A stretch of 46,062 nt of DNA from Actinomycetota bacterium (lineage in GTDB: Bacteria; Actinomycetota; Acidimicrobiia; Acidimicrobiales; VFJN01). Under the pieces are notes generated by a model. That model was not told the origin of the DNA. It did not search any database and worked only from the letters and a program-made list of their open reading frames with translations. Shown here piece after piece: positions 1-9,108 of the stretch; position 1 is the first letter of the stretch, and every line of letters starts with the position of its first letter. The position numbers and the translations under genes were made by a program. The stretch covers positions 1-46,062 of the forward strand of contig JBKPHE010000045.1 of assembly GCA_046744485.1 (NCBI GenBank), given 5' to 3'.

Positions 1-40
1 CGGGCTCTACATCCGTCACCTCAGCGGAAAGGGGAATCTC

Positions 41-337
41 ATGCTCGCAGCAGAGTTCGGCACCGGACAGGTCTTCCTGTCGATGCTGTATTTCTTTCTG
101 TTCTTCATCTTGATCTGGCTGCTGATCTCGATCTTCGCCGACATTTTCAGGAGTCCTGATCTGTCAGGATGGGGGAAAGCCCTCTGGGTCCTGTTCGTGA
201 TCGTCCTGCCGTTCGTGGGGGTGTTCACCTATCTGATCGTCCGGGGGCCCAAGATGAGCGAGCAGGCAATAGCCGGGGCACACCGTCGGGACGAGATGTA
301 CCGGATGTATGTCGGAGACCTGACGCCCAGGCCATAG
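41..337 (+). CDS. Small membrane protein with PLDc N-terminal-like domain (no C-terminal SHOCT visible)
   Basis: Two hydrophobic helices around 'DIFRSPDLSGWGKALW..IVLPFVGVFTYLIVRG'; purine-rich RBS (aagggg) upstream. Confidence 0.8.
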   Translation: MLAAEFGTGQVFLSMLYFFLFFILIWLLISIFADIFRSPDLSGWGKALWVLFVIVLPFVGVFTYLIVRGPKMSEQAIAGAHRRDEMYRMYVGDLTPRP

Positions 338-541
338 GGAGACATCGACGTACCAGCTCGACCGCGGTGCCGGCCACCGTCGTCGGCTCGCACGCGGATC
401 GGCATGCACGGTCGATGGGGCACGCCGCCCGATCGACCGTGGCTCACCCGGGGCGAGAACTACCGTCCCGGTGGGTGATTCGGGCCTGCGGCTCGCCCGC
501 CCGGGTCCGGACCCCCAGTGGCCTGCCCGAGGAGGGTCCGC

Positions 542-1045
542 ATGTCGACTTACTCAGTGCCGCCCGAAGAGACCCCGCCCGACGACGAGGTGCGCGCCGG
601 ACCACCCCCGAGGGCGCGGGGCACCGGGCCGCTGCGGCTCCTGGCCTTCGCCGTGGTGCTCGGCGGCGTGATCCTGCTCGTCGCCGGCGCCTTCACGTGG
701 TTCGTCGTCCGCGACCAGCTCTCGGACGAGAAGATCACCGTGTCGGATGATGCCGACCACTTCGGCGGCGATCCGGTCGACGGTCCCCTGACCGCCTACG
801 CACAAGCCGACGTCATCAACGAGCACGCCCTCGAGGCGACCGACGGCCTCACCTATGCCCAACTCGATCAGGATGATCCGCGTCGCGACACCGTGATGAC
901 GGCGTCGTTCCTGAGGGCTTCGCTGTTCACCTCGGTCGTGTCGTTCGGCGTGGCGGCCTTCGCCTTCGGGCTCGGCCTCCTGTTGATCCTCATCGGCTGG
1001 GCGCTGCTGCGCATCGAGCGATCGCTGCGCACGGCGCCGGCCTGA
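542..1045 (+). CDS. Conserved actinobacterial membrane protein (family often mislabelled 'aromatic ring-opening dioxygenase LigA')
   Basis: ggagg RBS before ATG 542; TM helix, then 'QLSDEKITVSDDA..GPLTAYAQADVI..HAL..MTASFLRASLFTSVVSFGV', then TM helix. Confidence 0.75.
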   Translation: MSTYSVPPEETPPDDEVRAGPPPRARGTGPLRLLAFAVVLGGVILLVAGAFTWFVVRDQLSDEKITVSDDADHFGGDPVDGPLTAYAQADVINEHALEATDGLTYAQLDQDDPRRDTVMTASFLRASLFTSVVSFGVAAFAFGLGLLLILIGWALLRIERSLRTAPA

Positions 1046-1049
1046 CCCA

Positions 1050-1499
1050 TCACTCCGCGGACGCTTCCAGCTCCTGGAACAGCGTGATGTGTAGGCCGGC
1101 CGGGGCGTCGAGGCGGGCGTTGAGCGAGCGCCACGGTGTCTCGACGGGCGGAGCCACGAGCGTCGCCCCGGCGGCGACCAGGTCGGACGTCGCTCGGCGG
1201 GAATCGGCGACCTCGAACGCCACCCGGAACTTCGGCGCGACGTAGCGGCCCACCTCGACGTCGTCGATCATCCGGTGCTGGGCCGGGTTCGCGAGCTCCA
1301 GCGTTGCCCGTCCGACCTGCAGGATGACGACGCGCTCGCTCCCGCTGCCCTCGAACGCAGCCTCCTCGGGCAGCCCGAGCACATCGCGGTAGAAGGACAC
1401 GGCCTCGTCGAAGTCGTGGGCCTCGACGACGAGCCGTAGCTGCAGCACCGGGTTCGGGGCCGACGACTGCTGAGGCATGTCCGGGAACGGTCCAGCCAT
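1050..1499 (-). CDS. VOC/glyoxalase family protein
   Basis: 'QLRLVVEAHDFDEAVSFYRDVLGL', 'TLEL', 'RVAFEV', 'PVETPW', 'LFQE'; start may be ATG 1478. Confidence 0.85.
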   Translation of the reverse strand: MAGPFPDMPQQSSAPNPVLQLRLVVEAHDFDEAVSFYRDVLGLPEEAAFEGSGSERVVILQVGRATLELANPAQHRMIDDVEVGRYVAPKFRVAFEVADSRRATSDLVAAGATLVAPPVETPWRSLNARLDAPAGLHITLFQELEASAE

Positions 1500-1513
1500 G
1501 GGTGCACCTCGTC

Positions 1514-1754
1514 TCAGTGGTCGAGGAAGCGCTCGAGGATGGGCACGACGATGTCGACCTGGTGGAAGAGGCCGTTGTGCGCGGTGCCGGGGACGACCGC
1601 CAGCTGGGCATCGGGCAGCAGGGCCTGCATCTCGGAGGCGTGCTCGGCCGTGACGAAGTCGCGGTCCCCGATGAGGACGAGGGTCGGCGCCTTCACGTCA
1701 CGCATCTCGGCTTCCGACCAACCGCGGAGGCTGCCGACCGACTGTTGGGGTCAC
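1514..1754 (-). pseudogene. Alpha/beta hydrolase remnant (C-terminal part only)
   Basis: Frame reads 'GWSEAEMRDVKAPTLVLIGDRDF..EHASEM..PDAQLAVVPGTAH' (acid Asp and catalytic His region); in-frame TGA just upstream; no GxSxG nucleophile region. Confidence 0.75.
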
Positions 1755-1758
1755 GCGG

Positions 1759-1789
1759 GTTTGACGACGCCGCCACCGAGAACTCATCG
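1759..1789 (-). promoter_or_regulatory. Candidate SigG/ECF56-type promoter CGATGA-N18-GTCAAAC
   Basis: Minus strand reads cgatga gttctcggtggcggcgtc gtcaaac; resembles the recalled mycobacterial SigG consensus CGATGA-N18-GTCNNTA; precedes the hydrolase remnant and VOC gene. Confidence 0.5.
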
Positions 1790-1924
1790 CTGGGCCTCTC
1801 GCCGACCTGAATCGTTCGCCGCGCACGGACGCCGCCAGCCAGGCGCCGCTGCGTGCACCGGGTTCCAGGCCGGACCGACACCCGTAAACTGTCCTGAAAC
1901 TGAGGCGTCGGGGAGGGCCGACCC

Positions 1925-3421
1925 ATGGGTCGGGACATCGAGACGACCGAGTTCACTCGCGACGACCGGCTTCAGTTCCGCGAGAAGGTCAAGGCGAACC
2001 TCGCGGCACTCCGCACGCTCGTCGACAGCGGTGGCTTCGAGACGGGCCGGCGGACCTGCGGCATCGAGATGGAGGTCTACATCACCAACCCCGAAGGGTC
2101 ACCGGTGCCGATCAACGCCCAGCTCCTCCAGCGGATGGCGTCGGCCGACTTCCAGACGGAGGTGGCGCAGTTCACCATCGAGTTCGACGTCAAGCCGCGA
2201 CTGCTCACTGGCCACGTGTTCGACACGATCGACACCGAGCTGCGCCGCTCGCTCAACCATGCTCACGACGTCGCCGAGGACCTCGGTGCCAAGGTGATGA
2301 TCATCGGGATACTGCCGACGCTCAAGGCCATCGACGTCGCTGAGGAGGTCATGTCCGCGAACGAGCGCTACAAGGCGCTCAACGACATGATCCTCAGCGC
2401 TCGCGGCGAGGACATCGTGATCAGGATCGACGGCACCGAGGTGCTCGAGGCCAAGTCCAAGACGATCCTGTTCGAGGCCGCGTGTACGTCGATGCAGTTG
2501 CACCTCCAGGTCGACCCGCACGACTTCGGCCTGTACTGGAACGCGGCCCAGGTGTTGTCCGCCCCCCTCGTGGCGGTGGGGGCGAACTCGCCCTTCTTCC
2601 TCGGCAAGCAGCTTCATCACGAGACCCGCATCACGCTCTTCGAGCAGGCCATTGACACCCGCACCGAGGAGCTCGTCCAGCAGGGGGTGCGACCGCGGGT
2701 GTGGTTCGGCGAGAAATGGCTCGACGAGGGCGAGGGCCTGTGGGACCTCTTCGACGAGAACGTCCGCTATTTCCCGGCCCTGCTGCCGGTCTGCGAGGAC
2801 GAGGATCCGGCCGAGATGATCGCGGCGGGTGAGGTGCCGCGGCTGCCGGAGCTGACGCTGCACAACGGCACGATCTATCGATGGAACCGTCCGGTGTACG
2901 AGGTCGTGCGGGGCCGCCCGCACATGAGGATCGAGAACCGCGTCCTGCCGGCTGGACCGTCCGTTCCGGACTCCGTCGCGAACGCCGCCTTCTGCTACGG
3001 GCTGCTCCACGGGCTCGCGTCGCGACCGCGGCCACACGTCTGGGAGCAGATGAGCTTCGCGGCGGCCGCCGAGAACTTCTACACGGCGGCACGAGATGGG
3101 CTGGGCGCGCGGCTCTACTGGCCGCGCGTCGGCGCGCAGGTTCCCGTGTCGGAGCTGATCCTGCGGCACCTGCTGCCGGTGGCCCGTGATGGGCTACTCG
3201 ACTGGGGTGTCGACGTGGGTGACGTCGACTATTACCTGGGCATCATCGCCGAGCGCACCCTGTCCGGCCTGAGCGGTGCCGCCTGGCAGATCGCCACCTG
3301 GCACAAGCTGGTCCACGACGACAGGCTCAGCCGCGACGATGCCACTCGGGAGCTGGTCCGGATCTACGCACAACGCTCGTACGCCAGCACGCCCGTGCAC
3401 ACCTGGCCGGTCGGGGGGTAA
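1925..3421 (+). CDS. Glutamate--cysteine ligase family 2 (GCS2)-like carboxylate-amine ligase
   Basis: 'GIEMEV', 'EAACTSMQLHLQ', 'ANSPF', 'HNGTIYRWNRP', 'RIENRVLPAGP'. Confidence 0.9.
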   Translation: MGRDIETTEFTRDDRLQFREKVKANLAALRTLVDSGGFETGRRTCGIEMEVYITNPEGSPVPINAQLLQRMASADFQTEVAQFTIEFDVKPRLLTGHVFDTIDTELRRSLNHAHDVAEDLGAKVMIIGILPTLKAIDVAEEVMSANERYKALNDMILSARGEDIVIRIDGTEVLEAKSKTILFEAACTSMQLHLQVDPHDFGLYWNAAQVLSAPLVAVGANSPFFLGKQLHHETRITLFEQAIDTRTEELVQQGVRPRVWFGEKWLDEGEGLWDLFDENVRYFPALLPVCEDEDPAEMIAAGEVPRLPELTLHNGTIYRWNRPVYEVVRGRPHMRIENRVLPAGPSVPDSVANAAFCYGLLHGLASRPRPHVWEQMSFAAAAENFYTAARDGLGARLYWPRVGAQVPVSELILRHLLPVARDGLLDWGVDVGDVDYYLGIIAERTLSGLSGAAWQIATWHKLVHDDRLSRDDATRELVRIYAQRSYASTPVHTWPVGG

Positions 3422-3463
3422 TGGTCGCTGCCGGTGCTCCGGCAGCCGATAGCTTTGTCGCCC

Positions 3464-4519
3464 GTGACAATCGGGCTGTACCACCGCTTCGACGGCTATG
3501 AGGACCTCAAGGCGCTCTTGGAGGGATCGGACGAGGACGTCCTCGTCGCGTTGGCGGACAAGCCGGCGCTCATCCGGATCCCGGCCGCGAGCACCACCGA
3601 TGCACCGAGGGCCCGGTTGATCGCATGCCTCATGCACGGCAACGAGCCGTCGGGATTCCAGGCGGTGGTGGAGCTCCTGCGGCGCGGGGGTCGATTCCCC
3701 TTCGACCTGTGGGTGCTGATCGGCAACGTCCGCGCCGCGATCCAGGACGGCCTGTACGCACACCGTCACCTTGACGACCAGGAAGACTTCAACCGGGTCT
3801 GGGACGTGGGTCCCGCCACCACCAGGATGCGACGAGGCGCAGCCGCCATTCTCGAGGAGCTTCGATCGGCGGACCTCGAGGCGGCCGTCGACCTGCACAA
3901 CAACAGCGGCCGGAACCCCTACTACGCAATCCTGACCCGGCTGAGCCCGGAGGGTCTCCTGCTCGCGTCGCTGTGCGCCGACACCATGCTCCATTGGCGG
4001 CTGCGCGTCCACACGCTGATGGAGGCACTCGCGACCACCTGTCCGACCGTGTCCGTCGAGTGCGGGCTCCCGCACCTGCCGGAGGGGACCGCGTTTGCGT
4101 CCGCGGTGGTCCACCGCTTCCTCGCGGCCGACACCTTTGCGGCGCCCTCCGGCGACGAGCGGGCCCGGCCCCTGCGCATGGTCGAGATCCTCCATCGCGT
4201 GACCGTCCGTCCTGAGGTCGTGTTCTCGTTCGACGCCGCTGCCGACGGCGAGACCGACTTCGTCATCGACCCGGGGCTGGACGCCTACAACTTCGACGTG
4301 CTGCCCGCGATGCACACGATCGGCCACATCGACCCGGGCGCGGCGATGCCGCTGTTCGCCAGCGACATGGCCCGGAGGGACGTCACCGACCAGCTGTTCC
4401 GCGCGACGCCCGACGGACGGGTGGTCGTCGCCACGGACCTCCTGCCGGTCATGATGACCACGGCGGTTCAGCAGACACGTCGCGACTGCCTCTTCTACAC
4501 GTCGGGACTCCTCGACTAG
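3464..4519 (+). CDS. Succinylglutamate desuccinylase/aspartoacylase (M14-like Zn) family protein
   Basis: 'HGNE', 'DFNR', 'DLHNNSG', 'VECG'; start GTG 3464 or 3434. Confidence 0.85.
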   Translation: MTIGLYHRFDGYEDLKALLEGSDEDVLVALADKPALIRIPAASTTDAPRARLIACLMHGNEPSGFQAVVELLRRGGRFPFDLWVLIGNVRAAIQDGLYAHRHLDDQEDFNRVWDVGPATTRMRRGAAAILEELRSADLEAAVDLHNNSGRNPYYAILTRLSPEGLLLASLCADTMLHWRLRVHTLMEALATTCPTVSVECGLPHLPEGTAFASAVVHRFLAADTFAAPSGDERARPLRMVEILHRVTVRPEVVFSFDAAADGETDFVIDPGLDAYNFDVLPAMHTIGHIDPGAAMPLFASDMARRDVTDQLFRATPDGRVVVATDLLPVMMTTAVQQTRRDCLFYTSGLLD

Positions 4520-4644
4520 CCGACGATGCCTCAGGAGCCGGGATCGCGGCTGCGGGACAGGGCGACTGCGGCGTCGAGCGGTCGCTCGCGTGTCCGGGCT
4601 TGGGTCTCGGTGCGTGACGGACGGCGCATGTGCTTCCCCTCGAC

Positions 4645-5433
4645 TCAGCTCTGGAGGACGGCGAGCACGCCGAAGTGATCCGAGGGCCAGACGCCGTCCG
4701 CCGGCTCGTCCGCCACCACCCGGCACTCGACCGGGCGTCCCCCACCGTTCCGACCGTGAAAGCCGCTGAAGATGTAGTCGAGGCGTCGGTCCGGCTCCTG
4801 GTCGAGGGCGGCGTGCGGGTTGCGGTTCGACCAGGTGATCCCGGGCCCGCCGTCGCCAGCCAGCCGCCAAGCATCCTGGAGGTAGATGCTCGTGCCGTCG
4901 AGCGAGGCGAGCCCGGAGAGGTAACGGACGGCACTCGAGTCGGGTTCGGCATTGAGGTCGCCGGCCACGACCGGCCCGAACGGGGCCGCCGGGTCGGACC
5001 GCTCGGACACGAACCGCACCAGCTCCTGCACCTGGCGCTCCCGGAGGGCGGCGTCGTGGAGTTGCCAGGCCAGGTGGGTCGAGAACACGTCGACATTCCC
5101 AGTGCGAGCGTGGACGACGACCCGCTGCACCTCCCGGTCGTCAGGCACGTAGGGCAGTTGGGTGCTCGAGTTGGTCTCGATCGGCCAGCGGCTCAGCACG
5201 GCGTTGCCGAACCTGGCGGTCCCGGCGGCCGGCGGCTCGCCCGCGTACGCCACCGACCAGGCGCCGAGCGCGGAGGCCAACCACTCGGCCTGGTTGCCCC
5301 GCTCGCTCGCCACCACCTCCTGCAGGCAGACCACGTCCGGCGCCCATCGGCGGATCACGCCCAGGATCGCCTCCCGCCGCGCTCGCCACTCGCCGGAGAG
5401 GTTCCAGATGTTGAGCGTCAGGACCCGGAACAC
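4645..5433 (-). CDS. Endonuclease/exonuclease/phosphatase (EEP) family phosphoesterase
   Basis: 'TLNIWN', 'CLQEV', 'AGDLNAEP', 'RLDYIF', 'SDH'; GTG start overlaps the 3' end of the upstream HD gene. Confidence 0.88.
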   Translation of the reverse strand: MFRVLTLNIWNLSGEWRARREAILGVIRRWAPDVVCLQEVVASERGNQAEWLASALGAWSVAYAGEPPAAGTARFGNAVLSRWPIETNSSTQLPYVPDDREVQRVVVHARTGNVDVFSTHLAWQLHDAALRERQVQELVRFVSERSDPAAPFGPVVAGDLNAEPDSSAVRYLSGLASLDGTSIYLQDAWRLAGDGGPGITWSNRNPHAALDQEPDRRLDYIFSGFHGRNGGGRPVECRVVADEPADGVWPSDHFGVLAVLQS

Positions 5434-5945
5434 ACCAGTGACCGCAGCAGCGGCTCGTAGCTGGCGAGCCCGGGTACCACCGCACCGTCGACCTTGCCGG
5501 CATCGTCCCAGCGACGCAGAGCGACGGCGTCGGCCCAGCCCCGCGTCGCCTCGAACGCCCCGAGCTCGCCGGGGGCCATCGGTCCGCCCTGCCGGCGAAG
5601 GCTGCGCTGCGACCCCGCGGACAGCCCGGCGTGGTACTGGGGCTCGACGGCACAGAGGTACCGCTTGGCCGCCACGTGCAGGGCGATCGGGGTGGTCACC
5701 GAAGCCGGGAACAGCTCCGCCAGGAAGGCGGACCCCGTGCGTTCGTGGGGCCCTGCCGACCCACCGACCAGCGCCAGCAGATGCCCGGCGTCGTGCAACA
5801 GCGCGGCGGCGACGAGTGGATCGCCGGCGCCGCCCGATGCGGCCAGCGCCGCGGTCTGGAGTGCGTGGTCGAGTTGGCCGACCTCCTCGTCGTAGCGCTC
5901 CGCCCCCCAGCGGTGGTAGAGGTCGAGCACCTCGTCGGTCGTCAC
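5418..5945 (-). CDS. phnZ: PhnZ-like HD-domain diiron oxygenase (phosphonate C-P cleavage)
   Basis: 'Y.EEVGQLDHALQTA', 'AALLHDAGH', 'HE..G', 'LHVAAKRYL', 'SL.RQGGPM', 'LRRWDDAGK'; GTGA overlap with upstream gene. Confidence 0.85.
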   Translation of the reverse strand: MTTDEVLDLYHRWGAERYDEEVGQLDHALQTAALAASGGAGDPLVAAALLHDAGHLLALVGGSAGPHERTGSAFLAELFPASVTTPIALHVAAKRYLCAVEPQYHAGLSAGSQRSLRRQGGPMAPGELGAFEATRGWADAVALRRWDDAGKVDGAVVPGLASYEPLLRSLVCSGS

Positions 5946-6727
5946 CGGACCGGCCGACCCTGGAAGTCGCCGATGAGCGACACGGCCACCCGATCTCCTG
6001 TGGGGGAGAAGGCGGCCAATTCGGCGGCCCTCTGCCGGTAGTAGTCCTCCCGCAGATTGCCCTCCGAGCGGGCGTTGTACGTCGGGTACAGCGCCCGCCG
6101 CGGCCGGGTCGACGAATTGGGGCCGCTGCGATGCGGCGTGCGGGAGTGGAACCACAGCGCATCGCCGGCGCGCACTGGCAGCGGCTGCCACGCCATCGAG
6201 TCGACGACGTCGGCCCGGATGCAGCCGGCATCGTCGGTGGGCCAGAGGCGGTCGTGGGCGCCGGACACGACCTCGAGGCAGCCGTTCGCTTCGCCGGCGT
6301 CGTCGATGGCGACCATGCACGAAACATGGACGTCGACGAATCGGTACGCCGGCGCGTCCTGGTGGGCCGAGTAACCGGCGCCGCCGGGAAGCTTGTAGTT
6401 CAACTTGTCCTTGTAGAGCACGGCGGGCTCGCCCAGCAGTGCGCCCGCGACGTCGACCAGCACACCCGAGCACAGCATCGACCGCAGGCCATCGTGGTGC
6501 GGCACCATGTTCTCCGTGCGGCACAATGCCGGCCCGCTCTCGGTCTGCTCGCGGTGATGCAGCCACCCACCGCCATCGGGCCATGCCGCCACCTCGTCGG
6601 CCCACGCCTGTAGCCGGTGCGCCCACGCTTCGCCGTCGGCAGGCCGGACGTGAACCCAACCGGTGCGCACGAACTGCCTGACGACGTCGGCCCCGGTGCC
6701 GTCCTCGAACACCCGGTGCGTGCCCAT
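5942..6727 (-). CDS. phnY: PhnY*-like Fe(II)/2-oxoglutarate dioxygenase (phytanoyl-CoA dioxygenase family)
   Basis: 'KDKLNYKLPGGAGYSAHQD' (HxD), 'NGCLEV', 'PHRSGPN', 'RRALYPTYN'; coupled to the PhnZ-like gene. Confidence 0.82.
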   Translation of the reverse strand: MGTHRVFEDGTGADVVRQFVRTGWVHVRPADGEAWAHRLQAWADEVAAWPDGGGWLHHREQTESGPALCRTENMVPHHDGLRSMLCSGVLVDVAGALLGEPAVLYKDKLNYKLPGGAGYSAHQDAPAYRFVDVHVSCMVAIDDAGEANGCLEVVSGAHDRLWPTDDAGCIRADVVDSMAWQPLPVRAGDALWFHSRTPHRSGPNSSTRPRRALYPTYNARSEGNLREDYYRQRAAELAAFSPTGDRVAVSLIGDFQGRPVR

Positions 6728-6792
6728 CCCGCGAGCCTAGGTGGCACAACTGGTGGGCCCGGCTCCGAGCCGCCGGCGGAGCTGCCCAGGGG

Positions 6793-7596
6793 CTACCGGC
6801 CCTGGTAGCCGACCGGCTCGGGGAGCTGCTCTCCCCGGTTCTCAGGCTTCCGTTGCCGGATCACCTTCACGCCCTTTTCGATCGCCCAGTAGATCCAGTA
6901 GCCCACGAGAGAGACGAGTGCCGGCGCCGCGATGACCGGCAGGGCATAGCCCGCGATGAGCCCTGCCGCGCGCTGGCCGCCCCAGAGCAGGGCGGCGACC
7001 GCGGGGGCCACGAGCGCAGCGACGATCAGCCAGGGGGTGAGCGTCACGAGCCCCCATACCAGCGCTCCGATGCCGGCGGCCGCGAGCACCGCCCAGAGGA
7101 CGACCCCCACCTTCGCGGCCAGCGGCCCGCGAAATCGGGTCGCGAGGGTGACGGCCGTCCACATGACGCGGCTTTGCACCGGGGGCACGTCGAGATCGTC
7201 CAGCATCTGGAGGAACACACGGTCGGCACGCAAGCGCGCCTCGAACTCCATCCCGTCGGTGACCAGCTCGTCGTGCACGAGCGCCGCCGGTGTGTGGCGG
7301 CCATAGCGGCTCACGAACCACGACATGTAGCGGGGGATCGAGGCGAAGTCCGTGGACGGCAGGGTGTCACGGGTGACCGCGATCGCCTCCTCGCCCCGGG
7401 GGTTGTACTGGAAGCCGAGGCCCTCGGGGATGCGAAAGTCCTTGTCGCCGATCTGCTCGAAGACGAAGCTCGCCGGCTTGCCCGGCTCGTTCAGTGCCGA
7501 GAACGGGCCGGTGGCAGTGAGCCACGACCACGGCGTGGCTCCCTCGACCTCGAGTCGTCCGCTCGCTCGCACCGATCGCGTGATGCGCATGTTCAT
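6793..7596 (-). CDS. DUF1353 domain membrane protein
   Basis: 'TDFASIPR', 'YGRHTPAALVHD', 'ADRVF' followed by 3-4 TM helices; ggagg RBS before ATG 7596. Confidence 0.8.
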   Translation of the reverse strand: MNMRITRSVRASGRLEVEGATPWSWLTATGPFSALNEPGKPASFVFEQIGDKDFRIPEGLGFQYNPRGEEAIAVTRDTLPSTDFASIPRYMSWFVSRYGRHTPAALVHDELVTDGMEFEARLRADRVFLQMLDDLDVPPVQSRVMWTAVTLATRFRGPLAAKVGVVLWAVLAAAGIGALVWGLVTLTPWLIVAALVAPAVAALLWGGQRAAGLIAGYALPVIAAPALVSLVGYWIYWAIEKGVKVIRQRKPENRGEQLPEPVGYQGR

Positions 7597-7764
7597 GTCC
7601 GCCTCCACGAGGGACGCCGAGCGAGGCCGGGGGCTCTCGTCCGCCGCCCCGGACGCTTTGTCTGCTCTCATGCCCTCGACGTCGATGGTACTCCCCACCA
7701 GTCAGCGAGGCGTGCGGCCTGGATGCTGGTGCCGGCCGCCCCGGCCGTTGCAACATGGCGGGCG

Positions 7765-8730
7765 ATGCCTTCGACGGCCGACGTGCCCTACTCCCGGGGA
7801 GCCCACCGGATCGCGAACGGGGTCTGGGCGTACCTCCAGCCCGACGGCGGGTGGGGACTGTCCAACGCCGGGCTGGTCGCCAGCGACGACGGCGCCAGCT
7901 CGTTGCTGGTGGACACGTTGTTCGATCTCGACCTGACCGGCGAGATGCTCGCTGCCCTGCGGAAGGCGACCCCTGCCGCCGAACGGATCGCCACCGTCGT
8001 CAACACGCACGCCAACGGCGACCACTGCGACGGCAATGCTCTGGTCGCCGGCGCCGACATCGTTGCCTCACAGGCGTGCGCGGCAGAGATGGCCGCGTTG
8101 CCGCCCGCCGCGCTCGCCGGTCTCATGCGGGCGGCGCCCGACATGGGCGACGCCGGGGCGTTCCTGCTCGACATCTTCGGCGACTACCACTTCGACGGCG
8201 TCGAGCTCGCCGCGCCCAATCGGACCTTCACCGGCGAGCTCGAGCTGGCGGTCGGCGATCGGCCCGTGCACCTGATCGAGGTCGGGCCCGCCCACACCGA
8301 CGGCGACGTGATCGTTCACGTACCGGATGCGGGCGTGGTGTTCACAGGCGACATCCTCTTCCACGGCGGCCACCCGATCGTGTGGGCAGGACCGATCGCC
8401 AACTGGATCGCAGCCTGCGATCGGCTCCTCGGACTCGAGGGCGTGACCACGGTCGTGCCCGGCCACGGCCCCGTGACGACCCTCGAAGCGGTCGCACAGC
8501 TCAAGGGCTATTTCGAGCACCTCACCACCGAAGCCCGCGCTCGCCGCGACGCCGGGATGAGCCCGCTCGAGGCGGCGGCCGACATCGACCTCGGCCCGTA
8601 CCGGGAGCTGCGGGAACCGGAGCGGCTCGTTGCCAACGTCGCCGCCCTCTACCGAGAGATGGGCGCCGACGTGGCCACCGATCCCGCCACGATCGTCGGG
8701 CTCATGGCCGCCGCGCGCAGCCAGTCCTAG
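7765..8730 (+). CDS. MBL-fold metallo-hydrolase
   Basis: 'SNAGLV', 'VDT', 'THANGDH', 'AHT.GD', 'FTGD', 'VPGHG'. Confidence 0.88.
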   Translation: MPSTADVPYSRGAHRIANGVWAYLQPDGGWGLSNAGLVASDDGASSLLVDTLFDLDLTGEMLAALRKATPAAERIATVVNTHANGDHCDGNALVAGADIVASQACAAEMAALPPAALAGLMRAAPDMGDAGAFLLDIFGDYHFDGVELAAPNRTFTGELELAVGDRPVHLIEVGPAHTDGDVIVHVPDAGVVFTGDILFHGGHPIVWAGPIANWIAACDRLLGLEGVTTVVPGHGPVTTLEAVAQLKGYFEHLTTEARARRDAGMSPLEAAADIDLGPYRELREPERLVANVAALYREMGADVATDPATIVGLMAAARSQS

Positions 8731-8826
8731 GCGGCCTGCCCCCGTGGCGAAAGCATCCGATGAATCCGGGCTTGCGTGCGTCACGTAGTACGCGAGTAAG
8801 TGTCGGTCGCAGGAAGGGGGCACAAG

Positions 8827-9108
8827 ATGAAGCGAGCGTTCATGGTGTCGGCGGTGGTGGTGCTGACATCGCTTGGACTTGCATCTGCGGCGTCGGCGGA
8901 ACCGAACCAGCCCAGCCAGGGCGAGAACTCCACTGGCCGGAACGACGCCGGATTCGGCGGAGGTCCGCATTGCCACGTGCTGGTGGTCGACAGCGCCCAG
9001 GAGCGGTTCGACCTCATCCGGGTGTTCCCGTCGCACACGGCTCACATCCATACGGGCCTCGTTGATGGGGTGTTCGTCGCAGACGCGGACTGCGACGGCG
9101 CCCTGTAG
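8827..9108 (+). CDS. Small secreted protein with His/Cys motifs
   Basis: aggaagggg RBS; signal peptide MKRAF...ASA-A; 'GPHCH', 'HTAHIH', C-terminal Cys. Confidence 0.7.
   Translation: MKRAFMVSAVVVLTSLGLASAASAEPNQPSQGENSTGRNDAGFGGGPHCHVLVVDSAQERFDLIRVFPSHTAHIHTGLVDGVFVADADCDGAL

Noticed and set aside
542-1045. A second 'LigA' dioxygenase
   Set aside because: It is a membrane protein with no similarity to the true LigA at 10471-10866; the family label appears to be a propagated misannotation
4645-6749. PhnY-PhnZ or PhnZ-EEP fusion suggested by long ORF-track entries
   Set aside because: The three domains are in different frames with their own starts and stops; the upstream extensions are motif-free open frames
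8758-8788. Second CGATGA...GTC ECF-type promoter
   Set aside because: Spacer is 16 rather than 18 nt; too weak
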